Of a stretch of 64,000 bases of DNA, positions 43,188 to 53,273 are shown piece after piece. The stretch's first letter is position 1. Each line of letters starts with the position of its first letter. This stretch comes from an uncultured Nitrosomonadales bacterium (GTDB lineage: Bacteria > Pseudomonadota > Gammaproteobacteria > Burkholderiales > Gallionellaceae): assembly GCA_903858965.1 (NCBI GenBank), contig CAIOKY010000075.1, positions 1,319-65,318 on the forward strand, written 5' to 3'. Under the pieces are notes generated by a model. It was not told where the DNA came from, did not search any database, and saw only the letters and a program-made list of their open reading frames with translations. The translations under genes were made by a program, and so were the position numbers.

Positions 43188-45845
43188 ATGTCATTATTAC
43201 CCGATTACGATCCGCAAGAAACCCAGGAGTGGCTGGATGCCCTTGAGTCCGTATTGAAAAACGAAGGTGCGGAACGCGTTCGTTTTCTGCTTGGGGAGTT
43301 GTTGGACAAGGCGCGCAACTCCGGCGCAGGCATGCCGTTCAGCGCGACCACGCCCTATTGCAACACGATACCGGTGGATGAGGAACAACGTTCTACCGGT
43401 AATCAGGATCTGGAACACCGTATCCGCGGCTTGATGCGCTGGAACGCGATGGCGCTGGTATTGAATGCCAATCGCGATTCGTCTGAGCTGGGCGGACACA
43501 TTGCCAGCTTTGCCTCGGCAGCCACTTTGTATGATGTGGCATTCAATCATTTCTTCCACGGCAAGACTGACACGCATGGCGGCGACCTGGTGTATTTCCA
43601 GGGACATTCGTCGCCCGGCATGTATGCACGCGCCTTCCTTGAAGGGCGCATCAGCGAAGAGCAGATGTACAAGTTCCGCCAGGAAGCTGAAGGCGGCGGA
43701 CTATCGTCATACCCTCACCCTTGGTTGATGCCGGACTTCTGGCAGTTCCCCACCGTGTCGATGGGGCTCGGCCCGCTGATGGCAATCTATCAGGCGCGTT
43801 TCATGCGTTATCTGGAGCATCGCGGCATGGTGCAAACTGCGGGGCGCAAGGTGTGGGCTTATCTGGGCGACGGTGAGACCGATGAACCCGAATCGCTGGG
43901 CGCGGTCTCGATGGCCGGGCGCGAGAAACTCGACAACCTGATCTTTGTCGTCAACTGCAATCTGCAACGCCTCGATGGTCCGGTGCGCGGCAACGGCAAG
44001 ATCATCCAGGAGCTGGAAGGAGTATTCCGCGGCGCGGGCTGGAATGTCATCAAGATAGTATGGGGTGACCAGTGGGACAGATTGCTTGCCAAAGACAAAA
44101 ATGGCCTGCTGCAAAAGCGCATGCAGGAAGTGGTGGATGGCGAATACCAGACTTACAAATCACGGGATGGCGCGTATGTGCGCGAACATTTCTTCGGCAA
44201 ATATCCGGAGTTGCTGGAGATGGTTGCCGATATGTCCGATGCCGAGATATGGCGCCTGAACCGCGGCGGGCATGACTCGCGCAAGGTGTTCGCTGCCTAT
44301 GCGGCAGCCGTAAAACATACCGGCCAACCAACCGTGATCCTTGCCAAGACGGTGAAGGGTTATGGCATGGGTGAAGCGGGGGAAGGCCAGAACATCACCC
44401 ACCAGCAAAAGAAAATGACCGGCGAGGTGTTGTTGCAATTCCGCGACCGTTTCAACATTCCGCTGAACGATGAGCAAGTCGCCAGCCTGAATTTCTATCG
44501 TCCGCCCGAGGACAGCTTGGAGATGAAATATCTCAAGGAACGCAGCCGCGAGATGGGCGTGGTGCCGCAGCGCAAGCCGGTCAACGAGCCGCTGCTGATA
44601 CCCGGGCTGGAGGCCTTCGATGCTTTGCTGAAGGGTACGGACGAACGCGAGATATCCACCACGATGGCATTCGTGCGCATGCTCGGCATCCTGGTCAAGG
44701 ATAAAAACATCGGCAAACAGGTTGTGCCCATCGTGCCGGACGAGTCACGCACTTTCGGCATGGAAGGCATGTTCCGCCAGCTCGGGATTTTCTCGCAAGT
44801 CGGGCAGCTCTATACGCCGCAGGACTCCGAACAACTGATGTTCTACAAGGAAGACCAGAGCGGGCAGATTTTGCAGGAAGGCATCAACGAGGCCGGCGCG
44901 ATGTCGTCGTGGATCGCTGCTGCCACGGCTTACGCCAATCACGGCAAGGCGATGCTGCCGTTTTACATTTATTATTCGATGTTCGGCTTCCAGCGCGTCG
45001 GTGATCTGGCCTGGGCGGCCGGTGACTTGCGCGCGCGCGGCTTTTTGTTGGGAGGCACGGCAGGACGAACCACGCTGAACGGCGAAGGCTTGCAGCATGA
45101 AGACGGTCACAGCCATCTGATGTCGGCGACCATTCCCAATTGCGTGTCCTACGATCCGACTTTCGCGTATGAGCTTGCCGTGATCATTCACGACGGCATG
45201 CGCCGCATGTACGTCAATCAGGAGGATGTGTTCTATTACCTGACCGTGATGAACGAGAACTATGCACACCCAGCGATGCCGAAAGGTGCCGAAGCGGGAA
45301 TCATCAAGGGCATGTATTTGTTCAGCGAAGGTAAAGTGAAGGCACAAGCGCCCAAGGTACAACTGCTCGGCAGCGGCACGATATTGCGCGAGGCGATCGC
45401 CGCCGCGGAATTGCTGGAGAAGGATTTTGGCGTTGCATCGGATATCTGGAGCGTGACCAGTTTCACAGAATTGCGCCGCGACGGAATCGATTGCGAACGC
45501 TGGAACATGCTGCATCCTGAAGCCAAGGCTCGCGTCAGTTATGTCGAGCAATGTTTGGCCGGACGTGACGGTCCGGTGGTCGCCGCGACCGATTACATGC
45601 GTTCGTTTGCCGACCAGATACGCGGTTTTCTGCCCAAGCATTTTAAAGTACTGGGCACCGACGGATTCGGCCGTTCCGACACGCGCAAGAAGTTGCGCAA
45701 GTTCTTCGAGGTGGATCGCTACTATATCGCGGTTGCCGCACTGAAGGCATTGGCCGACGAAGGCACGATCAAAGCCAGCGAAGTCAGCAAGGCGATCAAG
45801 CTTTACAACATCAATCCGGACAAACCCAACCCAACGACTGTTTAA
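43188..45845 (+). CDS. aceE: Pyruvate dehydrogenase E1 (homodimeric)
   Basis: GGHIASFAS, QFPTVSMGLGP, GDGETDEPES, NCNLQRLDGP, EGLQHEDG. Confidence 0.99.
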   Translation: MSLLPDYDPQETQEWLDALESVLKNEGAERVRFLLGELLDKARNSGAGMPFSATTPYCNTIPVDEEQRSTGNQDLEHRIRGLMRWNAMALVLNANRDSSELGGHIASFASAATLYDVAFNHFFHGKTDTHGGDLVYFQGHSSPGMYARAFLEGRISEEQMYKFRQEAEGGGLSSYPHPWLMPDFWQFPTVSMGLGPLMAIYQARFMRYLEHRGMVQTAGRKVWAYLGDGETDEPESLGAVSMAGREKLDNLIFVVNCNLQRLDGPVRGNGKIIQELEGVFRGAGWNVIKIVWGDQWDRLLAKDKNGLLQKRMQEVVDGEYQTYKSRDGAYVREHFFGKYPELLEMVADMSDAEIWRLNRGGHDSRKVFAAYAAAVKHTGQPTVILAKTVKGYGMGEAGEGQNITHQQKKMTGEVLLQFRDRFNIPLNDEQVASLNFYRPPEDSLEMKYLKERSREMGVVPQRKPVNEPLLIPGLEAFDALLKGTDEREISTTMAFVRMLGILVKDKNIGKQVVPIVPDESRTFGMEGMFRQLGIFSQVGQLYTPQDSEQLMFYKEDQSGQILQEGINEAGAMSSWIAAATAYANHGKAMLPFYIYYSMFGFQRVGDLAWAAGDLRARGFLLGGTAGRTTLNGEGLQHEDGHSHLMSATIPNCVSYDPTFAYELAVIIHDGMRRMYVNQEDVFYYLTVMNENYAHPAMPKGAEAGIIKGMYLFSEGKVKAQAPKVQLLGSGTILREAIAAAELLEKDFGVASDIWSVTSFTELRRDGIDCERWNMLHPEAKARVSYVEQCLAGRDGPVVAATDYMRSFADQIRGFLPKHFKVLGTDGFGRSDTRKKLRKFFEVDRYYIAVAALKALADEGTIKASEVSKAIKLYNINPDKPNPTTV

Positions 45846-45864
45846 AGGTTGGGAGGAGATAAAC

Positions 45865-47148
45865 GTGGCAGAAATAAAGCAAGTATTGGTGCCGGACATC
45901 GGCGACTACAAGGATGTGAGCATCATCGAAGTGATGGTGAAAGCCGGCGACACGATCAATGCCGAAGATAATCTGGTAACGCTGGAAACCGACAAGGCAG
46001 CGATGGATGTGCCCTCGCCCTATGCCGGCGTGGTCAAGGAAATGAAGGTCAAGGTTGGCGACAAGGTTTCGCAAGGTTCGCTGATCCTGTTGATGGAAAG
46101 CTCTGAGACGGGTGTGCCGCAAAAGAGCCAACCGGTTGCGGCTGCCGCTCCGGTTGTCGCGCCAGTATCGGCGTCGGTTGCAGCAAAACCAGTGGCTGCG
46201 CCCACTGTGGTCCAGACATCGCAACCTGTTGCAGCAACGGGCGGGAGTGCTCACGCCAGTCCCGCGATCCGCCGCTTCGCACGCGAACTCGGTGTGCAGC
46301 TCGCGCAAGTCAGAGGCAGCGGCGAGAAGGGCCGTGTGACCAAGGACGACGTGCAGAATTTCGTCAAGGCCGCGCTCGCGCAACCGCGCGGCGGCGCGGG
46401 CGGGAGCGGTCTGCAGGTGCTGGCGATGCCGGTGGTGGATTTTGCCAAGTTCGGTGCGATCGAGACCAAACCGCTGTCGCGCATCAAGAAGATTTCCGGC
46501 GCGAACCTGCACCGCAACTGGGTGACCATCCCGCATATCACGCAATTCGACGAAGCCGACATCACCGAGATGGAAGTGTTCCGCAAAGAGCTGAATGTCG
46601 AATACGCCAAACAGAACATCAAGATCACACCGCTGGCTTTCATGATCAAGGCGGTCGTGGTCGCGCTGCAGCAGTTTCCGGAATTCAATGCATCGCTGGA
46701 TAACAGCGGCGAGAATCTGGTGCTCAAACAATATTTCCACATTGGTGTGGCAGTGGATACACCCAATGGCCTGATGGTGCCGGTGCTGCGTGACGTGGAT
46801 AAAAAAGGCATCGTGCAGCTGGCGAAAGAGCTGGGCGAGATCAGTGCCAAGGCGCGTGAACTGAAGATCACCGCCGCCGAGATGCAGGGCGGCTGCTTCT
46901 CGATCTCCAGCCTGGGCGGGATCGGCGGCACGGCCTTCACGCCCATCATTAATGCTCCGGAGCTGGCGATCCTGGGCGTGTCCAAGGCCATTATCAAGCC
47001 GATGCATCAGGATGATACTTTTGTCGCGCGGCTGATGCTGCCGCTGTCGCTGTCGTACGACCATCGTGTGATCGATGGCGCGGCGGCGGCGCGCTTCATT
47101 GTTTTCCTCTCGCAAGTGCTGGCGGACACACGTCGCCTGGCACTGTAA
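45865..47148 (+). CDS. aceF: Dihydrolipoamide acetyltransferase E2 (one lipoyl domain)
   Basis: LETDKAAM, ASPAIRRFARELG, SYDHRVIDGA. Confidence 0.97.
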   Translation: MAEIKQVLVPDIGDYKDVSIIEVMVKAGDTINAEDNLVTLETDKAAMDVPSPYAGVVKEMKVKVGDKVSQGSLILLMESSETGVPQKSQPVAAAAPVVAPVSASVAAKPVAAPTVVQTSQPVAATGGSAHASPAIRRFARELGVQLAQVRGSGEKGRVTKDDVQNFVKAALAQPRGGAGGSGLQVLAMPVVDFAKFGAIETKPLSRIKKISGANLHRNWVTIPHITQFDEADITEMEVFRKELNVEYAKQNIKITPLAFMIKAVVVALQQFPEFNASLDNSGENLVLKQYFHIGVAVDTPNGLMVPVLRDVDKKGIVQLAKELGEISAKARELKITAAEMQGGCFSISSLGGIGGTAFTPIINAPELAILGVSKAIIKPMHQDDTFVARLMLPLSLSYDHRVIDGAAAARFIVFLSQVLADTRRLAL

Positions 47149-47166
47149 TTACTCGCGTTGTAATCA

Positions 47167-47844
47167 GTGAACAAAAAAGCAACCGGCACTCCTGTGGGTA
47201 TCTTGGGTGGCACGTTCGACCCGATCCATTACGGACACCTGCGTCTCGCCGAAGAGATGCTCGAACTGGCACATCTCCAGAAAATTTATTTCATTCCCGC
47301 CGGCACGCCGCCGCATCGCGAATCTCCGCAAGTATCCGCGCAACATCGCAGCGCGATGGTGAAGCTGGCGATCGCCGATCAACCGGCTTTCGTACTGGAC
47401 AGCCGCGAAGTCGAGCGCATCACGCCCTGTTATACGGTTGATACCCTGCGCGAACTGCGCGCCGAGCTGGGCATGGCACTGCCGCTGTGCCTGCTGATGG
47501 GCGGGGACGCGTTTTTGCAATTGCATACATGGCACGAATGGGAGCAGTTGTTCGATCTGGCGCACATCGTGGTGGGTTATCGCCCCGGCTTTACGCTGGT
47601 GGATCGCATTCACACTGCCACACCGGCATTGCGATCACACTATCAGCAGCGCTTGTGCAACGCGGATGATTTATCGCAACATCCGGCCGGCGGAATCGTC
47701 GAACTGGCCATTCCCAAGCTGGAGATCTCTGCCACGCTGATTCGCAGCCGCGTGGCGGAAAATCGCAGCATACGTTACCTGCTGCCCAATGCAGTGGCCG
47801 ATTACATTCATCAACATCACTTATACACACATGCTAAACACTGA
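47167..47844 (+). CDS. nadD: Nicotinate-nucleotide adenylyltransferase
   Basis: GGTFDPIHYGH, YTVDTL, MGGD, ISAT. Confidence 0.97.
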   Translation: MNKKATGTPVGILGGTFDPIHYGHLRLAEEMLELAHLQKIYFIPAGTPPHRESPQVSAQHRSAMVKLAIADQPAFVLDSREVERITPCYTVDTLRELRAELGMALPLCLLMGGDAFLQLHTWHEWEQLFDLAHIVVGYRPGFTLVDRIHTATPALRSHYQQRLCNADDLSQHPAGGIVELAIPKLEISATLIRSRVAENRSIRYLLPNAVADYIHQHHLYTHAKH

Positions 47845-48193
47845 AGAAAAAACCCTGGCCGTCGTCGCCGCACTGGAAGATGTTAAAGCCAACAATATCA
47901 ACGTGATCGATACCAGCAAGCTCAGCACAATGTTCGAGCGCATGGTCATCGCCAGCGCGCAATCTACTCGCCAAACCAAGGCGCTGGCCGACAACGTGGT
48001 GGTCAAGCTCAAGGAGCGCGGTGAAAAGATCCATGGCCGCGAGGGAGAAGAAAGCGGCGAGTGGATATTGGTAGACTTGGGTGAAGTGCTGGTGCACATC
48101 ATGCAGCCCGCCATCCGCGATTACTACAATCTCGAAGAACTGTGGAGCAAGGCACAGGCGGCCAGGCCGAAGTTGGCTAAACCACCAAAATAA
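47831..48193 (+). CDS. rsfS: Ribosome silencing factor
   Basis: LEDVKA, IASAQSTRQ, WILVDLG, YYNLEELW. Confidence 0.96.
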   Translation: MLNTEEKTLAVVAALEDVKANNINVIDTSKLSTMFERMVIASAQSTRQTKALADNVVVKLKERGEKIHGREGEESGEWILVDLGEVLVHIMQPAIRDYYNLEELWSKAQAARPKLAKPPK

Positions 48194-48196
48194 ATC

Positions 48197-48667
48197 ATGA
48201 AGCTGTTGATCGTTTCCGTCGGACACAAGATGCCGGACTGGATCACGGCGGGTTTTAACGAATATACCAAGCGCATGCCGCGCGAGGCGCAGATATCTTT
48301 GCTGGAGATCAAGCCCGAGCCGCGCACCACCGGCAAGACCACGGCGCAGATCATGGAAGCCGAAGCGCAACGCATTTTCGCCGCCTTGCCACAAAACTGT
48401 TTGCGCATCGCGCTGGATGAACGTGGTATACAGCCAACCACCAAACAATTGGCTGCGCAGATGCAGGACTGGATGCGCGAAGGACACGATGTGGCGTTCA
48501 TCATCGGCGGTGCCGATGGCTTGCATGAATCGGTCAAACGCGCTGCGCAACAATTGCTGGCATTATCCGCACTCACCCTGCCGCACGCCTTTGTGCGAGT
48601 GCTGCTCGCCGAACAGTTGTATCGGGCATACAGCTTGATGCACAATCACCCCTACCATCGGGAATAG
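48197..48667 (+). CDS. rlmH: 23S rRNA m3Psi1915 methyltransferase
   Basis: VGHKMPDW, FIIGGADG, TLPH, EQLYRA, HPYHRE. Confidence 0.97.
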   Translation: MKLLIVSVGHKMPDWITAGFNEYTKRMPREAQISLLEIKPEPRTTGKTTAQIMEAEAQRIFAALPQNCLRIALDERGIQPTTKQLAAQMQDWMREGHDVAFIIGGADGLHESVKRAAQQLLALSALTLPHAFVRVLLAEQLYRAYSLMHNHPYHRE

Positions 48668-48676
48668 GAAACCGTC

Positions 48677-49297
48677 ATGCGCATCATCCAGCCACGCATC
48701 TACCTCGCCTCGCAGAGTCCGCGCCGCCGCGAATTGCTCAAGCAGATCGGCATTAATTTCGAGATGCTGTTGCTGCGTTCGGATCCGCGCCGCAAGATAT
48801 CCGTGGATGAAACACCGCATGCCGACGAGCAGCCGGACAACTATGTCCGGCGCGTATCCCAGGCCAAGGCTGTCGCGGGTTACGGCGCGCTCAGGTTCCG
48901 CAACCTTCCGCCGTTTCCGGTGTTGGCGGCCGATACCACGGTGACACTGGATGGCAAGATATTCGGCACACCGGAATCCGCCGGACAGGCTGCAGAAATG
49001 TTGCGCCAGCTTTCCGGACGGGAACACCAGGTGCTCAGCGCGGTGGCGATCGTGATGGACGAACACGTTGAAGTCGCGGTCTCCACATCCACGGTGCGCT
49101 TTGCCACGCTCAGCGAAGAGCGTATCCGGCGTTACCTGTTGAACCGTGAATACGCGGACAAGGCTGGCGGTTATGCGATACAGGGGCAGGCCGGGGCATT
49201 CATCGAACATCTTTCCGGCAGCTATTCCGGGGTGATGGGCCTGCCGCTGTTCGAAACCGTGAATCTGCTGCAACGCTTCGGTTACCCCACGCCGTGA
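48677..49297 (+). CDS. maf: Maf-family nucleoside triphosphate pyrophosphatase
   Basis: YLASQSPRRRELL, LAADT, DKAGGYAIQG, GVMGLP. Confidence 0.95.
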   Translation: MRIIQPRIYLASQSPRRRELLKQIGINFEMLLLRSDPRRKISVDETPHADEQPDNYVRRVSQAKAVAGYGALRFRNLPPFPVLAADTTVTLDGKIFGTPESAGQAAEMLRQLSGREHQVLSAVAIVMDEHVEVAVSTSTVRFATLSEERIRRYLLNREYADKAGGYAIQGQAGAFIEHLSGSYSGVMGLPLFETVNLLQRFGYPTP

Positions 49298-49326
49298 GTC
49301 GCGAAAAAATATGAGTCCAAAGAAAC

Positions 49327-50781
49327 ATGAGTGAAGAAATCCTCATCAACGTCACCCCGCAAGAGACCCGTGTCGCGGTGATGCAACTCGGTGTGGTGCA
49401 GGACCTGCACATCGAGCGCAGCAGCAGCCGCGGCATCGTCAGCAACGTTTACCTGGGCAAGGTCATACGCGTGCTACCCGGGATGCAATCGGCTTTCATC
49501 GACATCGGGCTGGAACGTTCGGCGTTCCTGCATGTGGCGGACATCTGGGAAAACAGTCACAACGGCGATCCGGCCAAACCCATCGAAAAAGTTTTGTACG
49601 AAGGCCAGACGTTGCTGGTGCAAGTCATCAAGGAGCCGCTGGGTACCAAGGGCGCGCGGCTCTCCACCCAGTTGAGCATCGCCGGACGTTTGCTGGTATA
49701 TCTGCCGCAGGAGACGCATATCGGCGTATCGCAACGCATCGAGAGCGAAGAACAGCGCGAGGCGTTGCGCGTCAGACTGCAAGCCATATTGCCGCCGGAG
49801 CACAAGGGCGGTTATATCATCCGTACCGTGGCGGAAGCCGCCGCAGAACTGGATTTTTCCGCCGACATCGCTTATCTGGACAAGCTGTGGGGCAATTTGC
49901 AGGCGGTTGCCAAGACAGCCAGCGCGCCGCAATTGCTGTATCAGGAACTCGACATCAGCCTGCGGGTGCTGCGCGATTTTGTCAGCCAAGCCACCACGCG
50001 TATCCTGGTGGATTCGCGGGAAACCTTTCAGCGCATGATTGTTTTCGCGCAAGCCTATAATCCCGCTGCCGCTGAGCGGCTGGAACATTATCCCGGCGAG
50101 CGCCCGTTGTTCGACCTGTACGGTGTCGAAGAAGAGATCGAGCGTGCCTTGTCCAAGCGTGTCGACCTGAAATCGGGCGGCTATCTGATCATCGACCAGA
50201 CCGAAGCGATGACCACCGTAGATGTGAATACGGGAGGTTTCGTCGGGTTGCGCAATTTCGACGACACCATTTTCAAGACCAACCTGGAAGCTACACAAGT
50301 CATTGCGCGGCAACTCAGGTTGCGCAATCTGGGCGGCATCATCATCTGCGATTTTATCGACATGGATACGCAGGAACATCGCGATGCCGTGCTGGAAGAA
50401 TTCAAGAAAGCCCTGGCGCGCGATCACACACGTATTACCGTCAATGGCTTCTCATCGTTGGGCTTGGTAGAGATGACACGCAAGCGCACCCGCGAGAGCC
50501 TGGCGCATGTGCTGTGCGAGCCGTGCCCGACCTGCCAGGGGCGCGGCGAAGTGAAAACAGCACAAACAGTGTGCTACGAGATACTGCGCGAAATCGTCCG
50601 CGAGGCGCGCCAGTTCAACGCGCGCGAATATCGCATCCTTGGTTCGCAACAGGTGATCGATCTGTTCCTCGAAGAAGAATCACAAGCTCTCGCGATGCTT
50701 TCCGATTTCATCGGCAAGCCGATCTCGCTCCAGGTGGAAACGATCTACACCCAGGAACAATACGACGTTATCCTGATGTAA
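49327..50781 (+). CDS. rng: Ribonuclease G
   Basis: PGMQSAFIDIG, KEPLGTKGARL, DVNTG, QLRLRNLGGIIICDFIDM. Confidence 0.97.
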   Translation: MSEEILINVTPQETRVAVMQLGVVQDLHIERSSSRGIVSNVYLGKVIRVLPGMQSAFIDIGLERSAFLHVADIWENSHNGDPAKPIEKVLYEGQTLLVQVIKEPLGTKGARLSTQLSIAGRLLVYLPQETHIGVSQRIESEEQREALRVRLQAILPPEHKGGYIIRTVAEAAAELDFSADIAYLDKLWGNLQAVAKTASAPQLLYQELDISLRVLRDFVSQATTRILVDSRETFQRMIVFAQAYNPAAAERLEHYPGERPLFDLYGVEEEIERALSKRVDLKSGGYLIIDQTEAMTTVDVNTGGFVGLRNFDDTIFKTNLEATQVIARQLRLRNLGGIIICDFIDMDTQEHRDAVLEEFKKALARDHTRITVNGFSSLGLVEMTRKRTRESLAHVLCEPCPTCQGRGEVKTAQTVCYEILREIVREARQFNAREYRILGSQQVIDLFLEEESQALAMLSDFIGKPISLQVETIYTQEQYDVILM

Positions 50782-50812
50782 GGTGTACTGTGCTCATCAG
50801 TGACGATGCATT

Positions 50813-51418
50813 TCAGCCTGCCCAGATATCAGAACTTGCGCCAGTCCATTTTGAGTTGAGGAAGGTATCGATGGCAAGGGGTGGAGAAAAAACCGGCTTG
50901 ATACCCAGTTTGGACATGAATGCGAAATGGTGCTGGTCTGTAAAGGCGGCCGGGTCGGGTACGGCCAGATACAAGGTCTTGTGATAAACGCCTACCGGGA
51001 TGACCTGTTTTTCGTAAGCCCGTTCATGCGGAATGCGATCAAGAACGTCATGAGGAATGTTGATGGCCAGCACATCCACCATCGGTACGCCCGACTGGAT
51101 GCACAGCGCCCTCGTCAATACTTCCTGCTCGATGATCCCCATGTGGACCAGCAACTGACCGATCGGCTTGCTGTTGTTCTTCTTGGTGCTGTGATGTTGT
51201 TCGACGGCATGCAGGATCTTGTCGTCGATCACCTGTAGGGCATTCAGTATCTCCCCGATCTTCTTGCCCTGCAGTGCATATACATGGCCGCCGCCGTGAA
51301 ATGCCTCGGCTGTCTGGGATAGCTCCTTTTGCGTGCGGATCACCGGCCAGGAAACTTGTCCCGCCCCGACCGGCGGAGCAACTTGCGGCGTTGAATGTTT
51401 TTCGTCAGCGTAACTCAT
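50813..51418 (-). CDS. Stand-alone MshEN/T2SSE-N domain protein (no ATPase)
   Basis: KIGEIL... and PIGQLLVHMGIIEQEVLTRALCIQ motifs, then GVPMVD, VIPV, LYLAVPDP; GGAGG RBS. Confidence 0.75.
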   Translation of the reverse strand: MSYADEKHSTPQVAPPVGAGQVSWPVIRTQKELSQTAEAFHGGGHVYALQGKKIGEILNALQVIDDKILHAVEQHHSTKKNNSKPIGQLLVHMGIIEQEVLTRALCIQSGVPMVDVLAINIPHDVLDRIPHERAYEKQVIPVGVYHKTLYLAVPDPAAFTDQHHFAFMSKLGIKPVFSPPLAIDTFLNSKWTGASSDIWAG

Positions 51419-51580
51419 GGGCACCCCTCCCTTAAGAAACTTGCAAAAACCACCGCCCTGAAATCAACCTGCCTTTCAAAGCCCATTCGTGCGACGGGAA
51501 TACTATCAGGCTTTACATGGCCGTGCTGCGTCAAAACGACTGCTCTGCCAGTTGCGTTGTCAGGAACCACAGCACAGCAT

Positions 51581-52351
51581 TCATTCCGCCAGGGTCGGAT
51601 ACAACTTCACGGCGACAAATAGCAGGGCAGCGAACACCACGAGCATGACCCCGAAATCTACAAGGTAGCCGTGTACACTTTCCCCTCCGGTGATCATCAG
51701 TCCGCGCAACGCATCGATCAAATAGGTGAGTGGATTGATCTGCGCAATGACGCGCAGCCAACCAGGCATGATGTCCAGCGGATAGATCGCGTTGCTTGCG
51801 AAAAACATCGGCATGGTCAACAACTGCCCGATGCCCATGAAGCGCTCGCGCGTCTTGACGATGCACGCGATGATCAGCGAGAACGTGGCGAAGATCCCGG
51901 ATCCCAGCATCACGGCAGCCAGCACAGCGAATATTTTCAGCGGATCGAGGCTGAGCGAGACATGCATGATGAATGCGATGAGGTAAATGACCACTGCTTG
52001 CACCAGGCCGCGAAATCCGGCGGCGACAGCCTTGCCGAACACCAGTGAGCTGCGCAGGGCGGGACTTACCAGAAGTTTGTGCACCACGCCTAAGTCGCGC
52101 TCCCAGATCACCGCAATGCCATAGAAGATCGCGCTGAACAAAACACTTTGCGCGAGGATGCCGGGCGTGATGAATTCGAGGTAGCTTAATTGTCCGGTGT
52201 GGATGCCGCGCACCTGGGCAAGCACTTGGCCGAACACCAACAGCCACAGCAACGGCTGCACCGCGCGCGAAATGATCTCGGTCGGGTCGCGCACCAGCTT
52301 GATCAGCTCTACTTCAACGATCGCGGCACTTTCGCGTATGAAGCGTTCCAT
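51581..52351 (-). CDS. ABC-2 type permease (DrrB-like)
   Basis: LEFITPGI, WERDLG, MFFASNAIYP, INPLTY. Confidence 0.9.
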   Translation of the reverse strand: MERFIRESAAIVEVELIKLVRDPTEIISRAVQPLLWLLVFGQVLAQVRGIHTGQLSYLEFITPGILAQSVLFSAIFYGIAVIWERDLGVVHKLLVSPALRSSLVFGKAVAAGFRGLVQAVVIYLIAFIMHVSLSLDPLKIFAVLAAVMLGSGIFATFSLIIACIVKTRERFMGIGQLLTMPMFFASNAIYPLDIMPGWLRVIAQINPLTYLIDALRGLMITGGESVHGYLVDFGVMLVVFAALLFVAVKLYPTLAE

Positions 52352-52361
52352 TATTGATCTC

Positions 52362-53177
52362 TCAGCCCAGGCGGTGCGCCGTCCTGCGGGTCTGGGCAAC
52401 CTCGCTGAACGTGCCGCTCTCATGTATCAATCCGCCCGCGTAATGCACGAACACGTCATCCATGGTCGCGTCCGCGCCCAGCCCTGCGCGCAACTCGGCG
52501 GGTTCGCCCACCACGCTTATTTGCCCTGCATGCAGGATCGCCAGCTTGTCGGAAAGCTCCTCGGCTTCTTCCATGTCGTGCGTGGTGATCAGTACCGTCA
52601 TGCCATAGTCGCGCCGGAGATCCAGCAAGCGATCCCACACTGTGCGGCGCGCAACCGGGTCAAGCCCGATGGTCGGTTCGTCGAGGAACAGGATCGCCGG
52701 GCGATGCAGCATCGCCTGGGCAAGTTCCAGCCTGCGAATCATTCCCCCGGAATAAGTGCGTACCAGTTTGTGCGCCGAATCGGCAAGGCCCATGAAGTCC
52801 AGCGCATCGGCGATGCGTGTGCCTCTTTCAGCTTTAGGCAAACCATAGAGTTTGGCGGACAGGCGCAGGTTCTCGTAACCGGTCAGTGTGCCGTCGGCGG
52901 ACACGAGTTGCGATACATAGCCGATGCGCCGCCTGACATCTGCCGGTGATCGGATGATATCGAATCCACCCACTTCGGCTGTTCCGGATGTCGGTGACAG
53001 CAGCGTCGTGAGCATCTTGATTACGGTGCTCTTGCCAGCGCCGTTCGCACCGAGCAAGCCGAAGATCTCTCCATAGGGAATGTTCAATCCGATGTGATCC
53101 ACCGCGGTCAAGGATCCGAACTGGCGCGTCAGCTCGGATGTTCTAATGGCGAAGCTTTCAAGCGCAGGGCTGTTCAT
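52362..53177 (-). CDS. ABC ATP-binding protein (DrrA-like)
   Basis: GANGAGKST, YSGGMIRR, LFLDEPTIGLDP, TTHDMEEA. Confidence 0.92.
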   Translation of the reverse strand: MNSPALESFAIRTSELTRQFGSLTAVDHIGLNIPYGEIFGLLGANGAGKSTVIKMLTTLLSPTSGTAEVGGFDIIRSPADVRRRIGYVSQLVSADGTLTGYENLRLSAKLYGLPKAERGTRIADALDFMGLADSAHKLVRTYSGGMIRRLELAQAMLHRPAILFLDEPTIGLDPVARRTVWDRLLDLRRDYGMTVLITTHDMEEAEELSDKLAILHAGQISVVGEPAELRAGLGADATMDDVFVHYAGGLIHESGTFSEVAQTRRTAHRLG

Positions 53178-53238
53178 ATGGGAAAAGTATCCTGAAAACA
53201 GCGTATCAGTATAAACCCGCGGACTCATTTTATACGGC

Positions 53239-53267
53239 TTGAATTTGCCGGAAATTAAGCGTATAAA
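53239..53267 (+). promoter_or_regulatory. sigma70-like promoter pointing into a gene-free interval
   Basis: TTGAAT-N17-TATAAA. Confidence 0.5.
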
Positions 53268-53273
53268 ATACTT

